A stretch of DNA of 64,000 bases. Origin: Trichoplax adhaerens (taxonomy: Eukaryota > Animalia > Placozoa). Location: the NCBI RefSeq assembly GCF_000150275.1, contig NW_002060943.1, positions 5,662,008 through 5,726,007 of the forward strand, given 5' to 3'. The position numbers were made by a program, and so were the translations under genes. Position 1 is the stretch's first letter. Every line of letters begins with the position of its first letter. This document shows, piece by piece, positions 52,101-64,000 of the stretch. The notes beneath the pieces are model-generated. The model saw only the letters and a list, made by a program, of their open reading frames with translations. It was not told the DNA's origin and did not search any database.

Positions 52101-55100
52101 CAACGGTACGCTTTGGTTATTTACGTATGTATCTAAAAATATTTCAAGTAGACTAAGTTATCGAAGTTATATTTTTATTTTCCTATGTTTATCAGTCTCT
52201 TAGTTATTCCTTTCAGTGGTGCTAATTTACAAAATCTTAATAGAATTAAAGAAATGGAGTAAAAATCCTTGAGATGACATTTGCAGTGCTGATATTGTAA
52301 ATTTTACTATTATAAGTGGTTATTTATCCTTTATTTTTTATTTCTGTTAATGAATCGTGTAAATAGAGGTTTATAATTTGTATCTATGAGAGAATTCAAT
52401 TATTTTTTTAACTAATTCCACAGGCAACGTTATGCCGCTTCTCATCAAAGCAAATGAATAAACATTAGTTTATATTTGATTGGCAACGTCATTTTATGCC
52501 AACGAAATAAAGCTTCATCTTTCTTTGAGATTTAATATTAACCTATTGCTGTCCCGAAGAAACGCTAATGATTTTAGTGATTTTAATAGTACCTTTCCAT
52601 TGTTAGTACCATCTACTTTCATAAATTGTATCAGCAAGAGAATGACAAATGTAAATAAATAACAAGATATAGGAGAGATTTATTTAACGGTAGCTTTCTT
52701 ATGTATATCCAAATGAAAGAATTAAGGTACACACTAGAATCGTACTAACAGTTATCGAAAGTAAAGAGATGCACCTTTATCCAATTTTGGAAAACGAACT
52801 TGCATTAATAAATTCTTGGGAGATTTACGAGTATAAAACAATTAATTGAATAGGCTATTACTGACATGTTTTGATACTATCTGCTACTAGTCTAAACAAG
52901 GATATTGGCTTGCTAAGGGAATGGTAATCTATTTTTTAATTAGTCTGCTAACTTATTATTTGTTGTCAGGTATGTCAGCATTTAAAAATTATGCTATTTT
53001 CAAGTAGCAAAACACTAACAAACTTACAGTACCAGTAGTACTTACATATGATTTCATCTCATAATCTTATCCTAAATGTTTTTAGGAATTTTTATTAGAT
53101 TATAACAATAGTAATACTAAAAAATGTGCCTGTTAACGATAAAATCGCTCCTGCTTTTCATAATAATCACTTGAATGATTTATTACTTATTAGATGAGAT
53201 CATAGATGATACAGAAATTAATTTTATCGCGTCATATTTGTTCATAGTTGGAAAATATGTTTATGTTTCGATTAATGCAATAGTATCCCTAGAAGCACAA
53301 CATATTGATCAAATACTTTTGGTTTATTGCCAACAGAATCAATCCCTAGCATCTTCGTTCCGTTGGATGTTCTCATTAATAATTTTAAGTGAGATAGTAA
53401 GACTTACATTCCGTATTTCTAATTATGAAAGAAAATTTATATTCAATATCTATTGTTCAATTAATCAAATAAATACTTTAGTTGCTCATGCAGATTAAAG
53501 TAAAACGTTACACCATTAGCTTATACGGTGAGAAGTGCTATATTTACAATTTTCCTTATCGAGTCTCACATTTGGCTATAGTTTAATATTTATGTTATGC
53601 AATATTAAATTACTATGAAATAAAAATGTTACGATCGGTGTTCGATGCGTTGAATGCCTGACGAGGTTCATGAAGCACTCCGACTATTTACGCTCACAGT
53701 TCAATAAACACCTTACACGACTACGATATTCAGTTATAAGTATCAACTACTTTATTTAGAATACTTACGATGTTAGGGACTACGAAAAGTAGAAAGAAAC
53801 GAGACTGCCGACGGTTGTTGACTATACTAATAATGAGAAGGGTCATTATTTTACTGACCATTTCAACTGAATAGTATTTCTGTAACAGCGCACTATACTG
53901 TCCGCCATTGATATCCAAATTAGCTGCTAACTGACTATAGAAATTATTAAAATCATATCAAAAAGACATCTAAGGAAGACTCTCTAGTAATTTCTGAGAA
54001 AAAAATGAATGTAGTGAGTAGTTTATCCAGTGATCTAATAAATCTCAATTATTCTTTGTCTTGCTACCCAAATTAACCTTCATCCTTTTGCGTCGCTAGT
54101 CATCTAAAGAACAGCATAGTTAATGCCACCTATTGTTCAATTATTCAGAATTGTTACCTTTACCTTAAATATTTAAAACTTAATAATTATTGAATAAAAG
54201 ACTGAAAAACATTTATTAACAGAATTTAAGTATATTTCTAGCTTTGATCATGATTGAATGACTTCAGAACTATTATAATACCCTTCTAATATAGTATTTG
54301 AATGTGAATTGAAAAATATTGCTTAATGTTACATTTTTCTACAGTAGACATTTATTAAAATCAAATCAAATATTATAAAGGAACACATAGTTTGTATCGA
54401 AGCAATTCGATTAATAAATTTTATTTTAATATTAAACTGAATTGATTTATGGTTATCAAATCTGTCTTTAACAATCATGGCCTAAAAATTTACTAAATTT
54501 TATAAATGATGGTAAAGCTGTTACGATATCAATCGTAAATATTTTCAACACAATAATCGAAGGAAACGTAATAATTTTAGAACTAAATAATGTATTATGA
54601 TTTATTATATGTTAAAGTAAGAAATTTGATTATTAAAAAATTTAAATAACAATTTATAGCTTGGAATAAAGGTTTAATTTAAAAAAAATTGCGCCAAAAT
54701 CGGTTTAAGCTGGGATTTATAGGAGATTGTAATGAAATTAAATAGATCTCATGGAAGGTCACAAAATCCATACAACTTAAATGGTAGAACGCTTCCTCGT
54801 TCATTCAATTAACATAATGGACATTTATAATATTTCGAAAACCATATGAAAACTGCATTCCATTTTACTCAAAGACAGTAATAATCTGCTCACTGGTTAA
54901 TTTCTCACTAATGTCAAGAATACCTAGCAATGTTTTGACAGAAGTAGTAGTAAAAATCTAAGTTTTTCTTCACTCATTATCTTACTACAATGGAAACAAG
55001 TGAAATTAAAATTTCATGAATTTATGAAGTTTAAATTAGTGCATACTACATCTTATTGACCATTATTTGGTAAAATTCAATTAGCTATTGATAAAAGAAA

Positions 55101-56324
55101 ATTTAAGCTAAATATCAGGCTCCATTTTATTCTTGCAATACTTCGGTAGCGATTATTTCACGAGTTGAAAACTGCAATTTCATGGTAAATTCCTACTTTA
55201 GTTAGCAACAAATAGAATATTATATTCTTACTTTTAATGCTAAAAATTAAATTCCTTAACCAGTTAAGCAAGAAAACATGTTTTAGAATTAAACAGAAGT
55301 ACTTTAGGGAGTGCTCACAAAAATAACCCAAAAATTATTTGAGAATAGAATAGAATATATTGTAAAATATGAAATATCCTTAATTTTTTAGGTAACATAT
55401 ACAGCTTTTGACTTTGACGTTTCTTTGCGTACAAAAATACATTAGCTAATTAATAGCGCCAGAAAACCAAGATGTTTTGTAATCAATTTCTAAATGATCA
55501 TTTTTATGTTTACATTTTATTAATTTCTGTTGTTAATCATTCACTAACATACCGGTATTATGCTATAAACTTCTTAAAGGTTAATTTACTGTTTAAAGTA
55601 CGTCCTGGATGTTGCTTCAACCGGTATAAAGGAAATATTATTTTTGAAAATTATGTTTAGGATTCTTACAAATATTGCATAGTACCGAGATTTTTAAAGA
55701 CAGATTCTAGACTCAAAGATTTATATTATCAAGATACTAAACGCTGCATTTTCAAAATTTAACAATTACATAGTTATGGTTAAAGGGGATCCAATTGACA
55801 TGAAAATCCAGAAATTTGTAACTTCTATACAATATTCAAATATATTGACCTCCGTTAACCTTAAATTTGTATTATTTTGACGTTCTGATTATTTTTGCCA
55901 ATGATCTTATTTAATAACGTGCAATAACTCAATAAAAATTGCTAGCTTGACGTATATGTCAGGATTTCAGATATGGGTATTTAATTTACCGATGCAATTA
56001 GAGGTCGAAAAGAAACAAATTTCGATTACGTTATAGTCGTTGATTATAATTTTAATGTTGGAATTCGAAAATTTGCAAGGAATTTTGAAAGAAGGAGATT
56101 AGTATGGATATCACTGAAGACAGTATTAATATGCTTAGCAATTACGATATACTTACAATAAGTTTTGACGAATATAAAACGTCAACGTGATTAGGTTATA
56201 AGTATTGTAATAAATAGCTACAACCTTCTTTGGCTTAATCTTTGGAGCATCGGTGGCATTCTTCAGCCAAAGAAGCTCTCTATTTCAAGAATTTTCCATC
56301 CAAATCAAGAATTTCTACCTTATT

Positions 56325-56640
56325 GTAAAATAACTTAGTATCGTGATTGTAGACTATTAGCCATGTTTAGTATGACGTACGGTAGTGTCTTTCTATATTT
56401 ATCTTATGATATATTTAGTAGCCCATAATTATAGACTGTAAGGGTAGACTTGATACTAGAATACAGATAACTAAATGCAGTAAGATGTTGAGCTACTTAT
56501 AATGTTAGAGGTAGAAAAAGAATTGTAAATTATATATTAGGATACGCTTAGTGCATTGTACTTTGTATGGTATGTATAATGTTTACGAAAATACTATGAT
56601 AATTTCCATATTGGATTAATGACGTTTCACTGTAAAATAT
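56325..56640 (-). repeat. Dispersed repeat family, copy B (inverted, partial)
   Basis: The reverse complement matches the 3' part of copies A and C (cattaatccaatatgga, tatcctaatatat, gtctacaatcacgatactaagtta). Confidence 0.85.
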
Positions 56641-57370
56641 TACGTTACGGCTGTAAATCAGTGAAGAATTTGCTCAAAGGTGGCACAATGATCATGAAAA
56701 TACGATAAATGAAGAGTTATTGTAAGCCAATCCTTTGTTCTCACCGAGAAAGACTTCACATTACTGATTGTACTAAATCTAATGAGTATGAGCCATCTAC
56801 GTTCTGAGAAATGTAACATTTCTAAGTACTTTTGAATGAACATGCAAGAAAATATCTTAATTAAAATTTTATATAAGTTAATGTAACTATAAGTACTTTA
56901 AAATAACGTAATAACTGAATAGCTGTTAGTAGATCATAATGGTAATTTAATGTATTTTTTAAATTTCTGTAATTTTTTATATTATGATTTTTGTACAATG
57001 GATGACCTCAACATCTTTTATTTAATTCATAGAGCTTTCCTTCAATTCTACTTAGATTTTAAAGTGTAAGTCTACTTATCTTAGTAATTTCCTACTAACA
57101 ATAGAAGAGAACAAAAAATCTAATAAATATCGGATATGCCAAACACGGAAAAGGGGATTTTCAATAGTTTTTATCGTTGCCAGTCTTATTGTCTGAGAAA
57201 GTTTTATTCAAATTGCCGATAATGCCATTTCTGGTTATAAAATTAGCCTGCTCTCATTCAGTATCAGTGCTATAAATTTAGCTGTTTCCAGTCAGACAAA
57301 CATACTTTGATATATCCAAACTTCCAGAATCAGCCCATTAAACAATTTCCTTACAATTTCTTTGTAGAAA

Positions 57371-60300
57371 ATGAAAACTACTGCGCTCCAAGCCATTTCT
57401 TTTGGCTTCCTTCTTATCACTACTTTATGTGATGGCCTTCAAGATGATATAAAGGATTTAGGCTTGCGCTACATGTATCGATCGAATATCAAATCGACCA
57501 ATATCGTGTGTCCGCGATATTGCGAGTGCTATCCGAAACAGCTAAAAATTTCTTGTACAGCATGGATTGATGACATCAAGAATATACCACGATGGACAAA
57601 GCATATGTATGACAAATATTAACATTAAAACTTAGATACTTTTCTGAAAACTAGTAAAAGTTGCTGATTTTTGTGCAGTTTAATAGTATCTCTCTACCAA
57701 ACGCTATTAAATTTTTGTCCATGATAAAAATTAAAATTAAATTTTAAGCATTGAAGACGTCAGAAATAGTATACAGCACAATAGTAGCTTACAATCAATT
57801 AATAGTGCTTCAGGATATCTAATTTTATATAAATAAAAAATATGCTCTACCAAGTCTTCACCATATTGCAGCATTTTGCATAGGATCACGATAGACGAAT
57901 GCCATCTGCAAGATGTTGTATATTGTTTAATTATTTTTCCATCATCTGTTTAGTTTTAAATTTTGGTGTTGGGATGCTTAAGGAATGAGAAACTATTTAC
58001 AAAACTCTTAAAACTTTACGAAATTATGGATTTCAACTCGAAACCTTATCTTTATAATATTCAATCATTTTCTAAAATGCACTGATATCGTGGCTTATAC
58101 ACTACTGTAAATAAATTAGAATTGATACTTAAAGTAATATTTTGACGATAATTCTTTTGCAAAATATGTTGAAGGTACATAAATCTCGTGAATTGTATTG
58201 GAGATATAGCCTATACATAAATTCAGCAAGAGTGCTGGAATTTTTTAGATTACTAATTTTTATATCTGCGATAAAATCCGATCACGAATATTCCAAGTTG
58301 TAGAAAGTTAGAACTTTATTATATCTAATGCAAAGACTAGCTACACACAGCCCTACTCTAGCCGAATACAACTACTGAAAGACTTCCAGAAAGAACTAGC
58401 TGATTAATCTAAAGTTGCTAGCTTATATACAGTGTGTATCAAAGTATTTTGTCACTTTGAAAAGCATCAACCAGTGATCTTAATAATCAAATACTGATTA
58501 AATCATTCTATTATAGCTTTACTGTATTTTTAAAGAAAAACATTGCCCGAAAGTGACAAAATGTTATGATATACACCGTACATTTCGTAGCAGTCATAGC
58601 CACAATCGGCTTAGCAAGATTCTACTATAATTTACACATAGTCAAATTATTATTAGTAATAACATTTTATAGCGGACCATCATTAATCCGAAATGGAAAC
58701 AACTGCAGTATTTCCGTAGATATTATTCTTAGCAGTCAAAGTACGGTAAACTAACCTATCCTAATATATGAATTACAGTTCGATTTATATCTCTAGCCTT
58801 AATAGTAACTCAACACCTTCCTATATATAGTCATGTACTGTAGCATAGAATCTACTATTACAGCTTATGGAGCGAACTACCAAATACGTCTTAAGACAAA
58901 TATAGGAAGTTGCGCTTCCGTGCATCTTACTAAACTTAGCTAAAAAAAGTCTACAATCACAATACTAAGTTTCGTTACAACATCATAGGAGTAAAAAAAC
59001 CGTACGATAATTTGAAACTGTTTACGATATTTTACTTCCTTTAATAAATTTTATAATAAGCAGTAGTCGGCTGATATACAATTATAAATTAAGAAATGCT
59101 ACTATATAATAATATTCTTAGAGAGAGTATGTATGCATTAGCTGGCAGAATCGATAGTTCCTTTGGAATTTATCGAGTTCTGCCGTAGTTACAGAATTGT
59201 GTGATGTTATATTAGCGCAAATTTATTTTACAATTGTTTGCATGTCTTTTTTATAATGCTGCCTAAAAATTATGAGTATTATTTATAGCTACGTCAGTTG
59301 TGATAATATTGGTTACATATAGTTTATTCTAAATTATCCGAGCAATTACGTAAATAAAAAAATGGATATTATGGATATTGGTATAGTGCATAGTTAGTGA
59401 GCATATTTTACATTACTGAGACTTTTATTTCAATGCTTCTTTTTCAAGTGCATAAAATTCGCTTGCAATACTGTGTACTGTCTACCTTTTACTATTAGAC
59501 TGGCTTCATATGCCAATACTATTATCTAATCTAAGTAAGATAGATAGACCTTAAAGGTTTAAAGGTCAACACGACTATATTAATCGGATTGAGGAGATTC
59601 AGGGAAGATCTTCTTACTTAGATTATTTGTATCCCTGAAAGCGAAGCTCCAGTTCTATTCATTCGTATATTTAAAAACTTTATAGCTATTTAACATTTGT
59701 AACACTTTCATTGTACTAAATTTAGACTACTAGAGATGTTATTCACCAATATTTTCTGAATTTATACATAAACTGTTTACAGAGCTGAGTTTTGCTCACA
59801 ATAAGTTTTTGATTTTTTTATTGTCTTAAATATGCTAGAGTTTATCCTATGAAAAATTAATGTAATACTTAGTATAATATGAAGACGTATTGCTTATAGC
59901 TTCATTCATTTTCTATATTGTCTACTTGTATCCTAAATTGTTCTATCGTTCATATTTCATCAGCCAATTTGAATCCCAGCAGTTGACTTTCGACTATCAA
60001 TTTTTTATGAAACTGCATCAGCTCTTCCAGAGATCTAGTCCAGATGATAAATTGACTGGTATTTTAATGAAAATTCAAGATATGACAGCTCACAAGAAAA
60101 ACAAGCAATCTAGAGCTATGCCAAGTCTTTACAAAGATACAACCTCATTGAAAGATATCATTAAAAGTAAGAATGACTCCTATATATATTCTACAACAGT
60201 ACTAAACTGGTAATATAAGATCAGAAAGATACCTTTTTTGGTTATAAGAATTTAAGATATTGTTTAGAATCTCTTATTTAAACTGGAAAGCTCCTTCCAT

Positions 60301-63300
60301 TTGCGATAATCTTGTAATATAACTGCAATTAGATTTATTGAAATTCATATTAAGTTTGTTTAACCATACCCATAAAGAACTTAATTCTCTTTTCTCTGTC
60401 ATAATTAATGTAGGAAGCCTACGCCTGTCCAATGACAATAATTGGTCCGTTAAACTTTCAGGTTAATCTGGCATAATGGTATTTTAGCCCGTTATTAAGA
60501 CTATCATTCTACCAAACTACACTGTCATTATACCCACTTCTCTTTAAAGGATATTGTGCGATTTAAAACTATTACTTATCGTGACTGTGTGATACATACT
60601 TATTTCCTATTTATATATCTTAATTCCAATCCTGTTATCAAAGCTTACATTATTCGTTGATATTGTAGAATTATATTTAGCAGAGTATACTACAAATATG
60701 ATATATTCTCTATAAGCTCTTGAGATCCTTAATAACGGAGATAATCGCTGTATAGCAGATGGCATAGGTTGTTTCACTAGTTAATAAAATGACAGGGTTA
60801 GCTATAAAACTATTTAATGTGAAACTTTTAAAATGACTTTATAAGCTTTACAGTATCGATTAGTCAGATAATATGTGATTAGCGATTCGCTAATATTAAC
60901 TAACAACATCCTTATCTCGATAAAAGGTATAGGACTTTGTAGGACATATTTTCGAATTTTAACCTAAAATTAGGAGTTTATGAAGCAACATGTATTGGCG
61001 CTATAAACACCGTCATATTCTATCAATACCTAAACAATATGAATTATTGCCGTAATAAATCTTAGTAAATACCATATTTAATTTTTACGATAAAAGAAAT
61101 CAATTGAAACATTGACCCATAGCGAATGGGTTATGAAAAATGTTAGAGGCAACAATGATCAGATAAACCCTATCAAAATTTTGTGGCTTGTGGAATGCGT
61201 ATGACATAGCGAAAAGAAATTTAGAAAAAACTACTAGATGTAATATTGACTAGATGCGAAACGTTCCATTTCAAAATAATACTAACTACTAAAGAATTGA
61301 TAGTATTGAATGATATTAAAATCAATTCTTATCTACTTTTGAAGTTATTCTATAAGGAAAGGTGAATAAGTTCAGATAGTTAACATTAGCGAAGGAAGAT
61401 GCCTTTATTTAACTGCAGCTTCTTTAATGGATAATTTACATTTTACAGGAAAGATTATTATTCTAAAAATTCTCAAACTCTTTTGCCATGATCTTTTCTT
61501 ATTTGTGGTCAATGTCAATTATTATCATCAAAAGATATAGCCTACATCCGTAGTGAGATTAGCAGAATCTATTCGCACTCTTAATTAAGCACTATTTGAA
61601 ATTCTAGCGAAGTAGCTTCCTGATCACATGGACTCTTTAGTTTGCTTTAGATAATAAGAATAAAATACAAAAAGGAATCAGACTTTCCGATCGCATTGTA
61701 ATATATAATACTTTCCTTTGACTGAATATGCTAGGTGGAAAGGATAAGAGTTCCGGTTATATTGTCATCGATAGTAAAAATCATACCTTTGGTGTCTGCT
61801 CTAAAAATTGGGCAATGTCTAACGATGACGTAATATGTCGCCAAATGGGATTTGATGGAGCAGCCCGTCAATTAGGTACCTCATTATTTAAATGAATGAT
61901 TTTCTTACCATCTTTGTTAATTTAAAATTTATCATTTTTTATCGCTGATATTGTATACAGAATTCAGATCTGTTGAATGCTTTGCTGAATACCGTAGCTA
62001 TTACTATCTACGCGATCTACAAGTCAGTGATTATTATAGATTTATTTCGCTGATAATTAAGATCAAAACTTTTACCAAATATATTGCAGGCAATGAGCGC
62101 CCTGCTAACAAAATGAAACTGAACGGCTGGACGATGAGAATGCACTGCTATGGTTACGAATCGAGACTACAACTTTGCCAGGTGTCCAAGTCGAACTTAT
62201 TTATGAACAGTATCCCATGTCCAGATAATTCCTATGTGTTTGTGCAATGTCAAAAGCCTTGTGCTACATCAGGTATAGAGATGAAAGCAATAAAATATTG
62301 AAATACTGAATGTTCGAGGCTATTCTTTTAATATAATACGAAAGCGAATGCTAATAATCAACACATACATGCATATAGCGTAAAATTAGGCTTATTTAAT
62401 CATAAGACATCGACTACTGACAAACTTACAATTACACAGTTACTTTTCTCCAATGTGAGCGTAAAACATTTAGATAAAAGTTATCAATGATTTAGTTTTG
62501 CGTAACATTCAATGCATAATGACCCCAATATATTTAGGAATTATTAACTTGTGATATAGATTTTTTGATTGTAATCGGAGATTAGCATTTAAGTAGGGCC
62601 AGCGACTCATTTTATGTCGTACACGTAGATTAATTATTATTCATACGAGCAGTCCATTTGAGAAATACTACCGTATATCTATCCTTTCGGAAGAGTATAA
62701 AAATATTCTAATCATAGCAATTTAACATTACAGAATTATTAGTGATCATAAATTACTTGCTAACATTGCTAATAAATCATCAATTAGACCCTTATGGTAG
62801 TCCTACAATTTGTTCAACATTCGAATGCGGCTTATGCAATTGGAAAAGTACCATCCTTCATGGAAATATTGGTTGGAATTGGTTTCCAAAACAAGAATCT
62901 CATCAATATAGATATAGTCCATTATCGGCTAATTCATTAGGTTAGCCATGACAGAGCCATTCTGTTAAAAGTATATTCGCACTATAGCTATCGAATAATA
63001 ATTATTTTACTCACGTTTATTCAAACCAAACAAAGTATCAGTGTTTATTGGTATAAGTATTAGCGCTGAAATTCAACAAATCCTGTTTTAAAGTTAAATT
63101 GAAAAGTTTTTTCATATTTTTTCATTACATTAATGAATTAAACACCTAACTTTCCTATATATTATTCCCTTATTTTACTTTCTATTCACTCCTATATAGT
63201 GGCTCCCCCTTTTGCTTATGTCGTTAGGCCTCCAGAATATGACCAGCAAATGATTGCAAAATTGGAAAGCCCCTTACTTAATTTAATATCGAAGCCATTG

Positions 63301-63303
63301 CAG
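57371..63303 (+). CDS. Receptor paralogue 4 (3' incomplete, possibly a pseudogene): SP-LRRNT-Cys-less LRRCT-like-SRCR-MAM...
   Basis: Exons: 57371-57606 (signal peptide, CPRYCECYPKQLKISC..NIPRWTKH, phase 2); 59964-60166 (phase 2 to 1, LRRCT position); 61651 or 61735 to 61875 + 62090-62272 (SRCR); 62788-62940 and 63200-63303 (MAM: C.TFECGLCNW..AKLESP). The next MAM exon was not found before the window end. Confidence 0.75.
58266..58978 (+). repeat. Dispersed repeat family, copy C (in intron 1 of paralogue 4), interrupted by a MITE
   Basis: Colinear with copy A apart from a 149-bp insertion at 58430-58578 and small indels. Confidence 0.9.
58430..58578. mobile_element. Tc1/mariner-type MITE (149 bp)
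   Basis: 29-bp terminal inverted repeats, CAGTGTGTATCAAAGTATTTTGTCACTTT and AAAGTGACAAAATGTTATGATATACACCG, match at 24 of 29 positions. TA is duplicated on both sides (58428-58429, 58579-58580). Repeat copy A shows the empty site with a single TA. Confidence 0.85.
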
Positions 63304-64000
63304 GTAAGATCAGAATTTTTATTTATATTCAATGAAAATGAATTATCTTTGAAAAGAAGAATATCAGTGGGAGTTTAAATTTATAGGTGCAACTGATTGA
63401 TAAAATTTAATACAGCATATATTTCGAGGAGAAAATAATAATTAATATCTGACGAGTAGTCAAATACTGAGCGTTAGATATCCAGAACCTGGCTATAGTT
63501 GTATATTCTAACTCTAATTAGAGAGCAAGTTAGATTAAAGATTTATAAAGATAATTTTAGATGATATAAATCGATTACCACATATGCAAATAGCACATTT
63601 GTTATTCCTATGAATTTAGTAAACCCCAATCCAATCAAGTCACTATTGTACGTGACAAAAAACTAATAATATCCACTTCTGCTTAGCCCAACATTGCTTT
63701 TTAAACAAATACTACGGCAAAGTACGATAACTGAATAATTTTGCTAAAATTAACTACATATAGCAATCGACAGTAGGCTTTATAGCCGAGATTTCATTAA
63801 TAGTTCACGCAATAACAGCATATTATTTGTTTTCAGTATAATTCTGGAAGATTTGTTTTCATCTCATAGTGAACTTCATGCGCGGAAAGTATACTGTTGT
63901 TATATATTTTATCGATCAATATTACTTCATATTGCCACCTTATAACGTTGCATGCATTTTTCAATTGTACTATTGTATTTAAATATTATAACAGTATCCT

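Noticed and set aside
58350-58428. YVDD reverse-transcriptase-like motif in the complement-only reading of repeat copy C
   Set aside because: It is not on either real strand and is not conserved in copy A.

Overview
This is very AT-rich eukaryotic genomic DNA with short GT-AG introns. The composition, intron size, (CAGTA)n tracts and gene content suggest an early-branching animal, most like a placozoan (Trichoplax); that assignment is inference. Contents: (1) an intronless 1439-aa sacsin-type GHKL ATPase fused to a C-terminal DUF3883/NOV nuclease-like domain; (2) an ADAM10/kuzbanian orthologue with an uninterrupted CDS; (3) four related multi-exon cell-surface receptor genes (8907-14318 +, 17760-24876 -, 37569-42802 +, 57371->63303 +), whose exons I reconstructed by hand from splice sites and reading phase; (4) a small three-exon single-pass membrane protein gene; (5) a dispersed repeat in three copies, one carrying a Tc1/mariner-type MITE, plus simple repeats and hairpins. 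The main candidate novelty is the receptor family. Each paralogue has a signal peptide + LRRNT exon (phase 2) that appears to splice directly to an LRRCT exon, with no LRR-repeat exons found between them. Differently shuffled phase-1 SRCR, MAM and kringle modules follow, then a TM helix and tail with PY and/or PDZ-binding motifs in the three complete genes. All gene models are manual and untested against transcripts.
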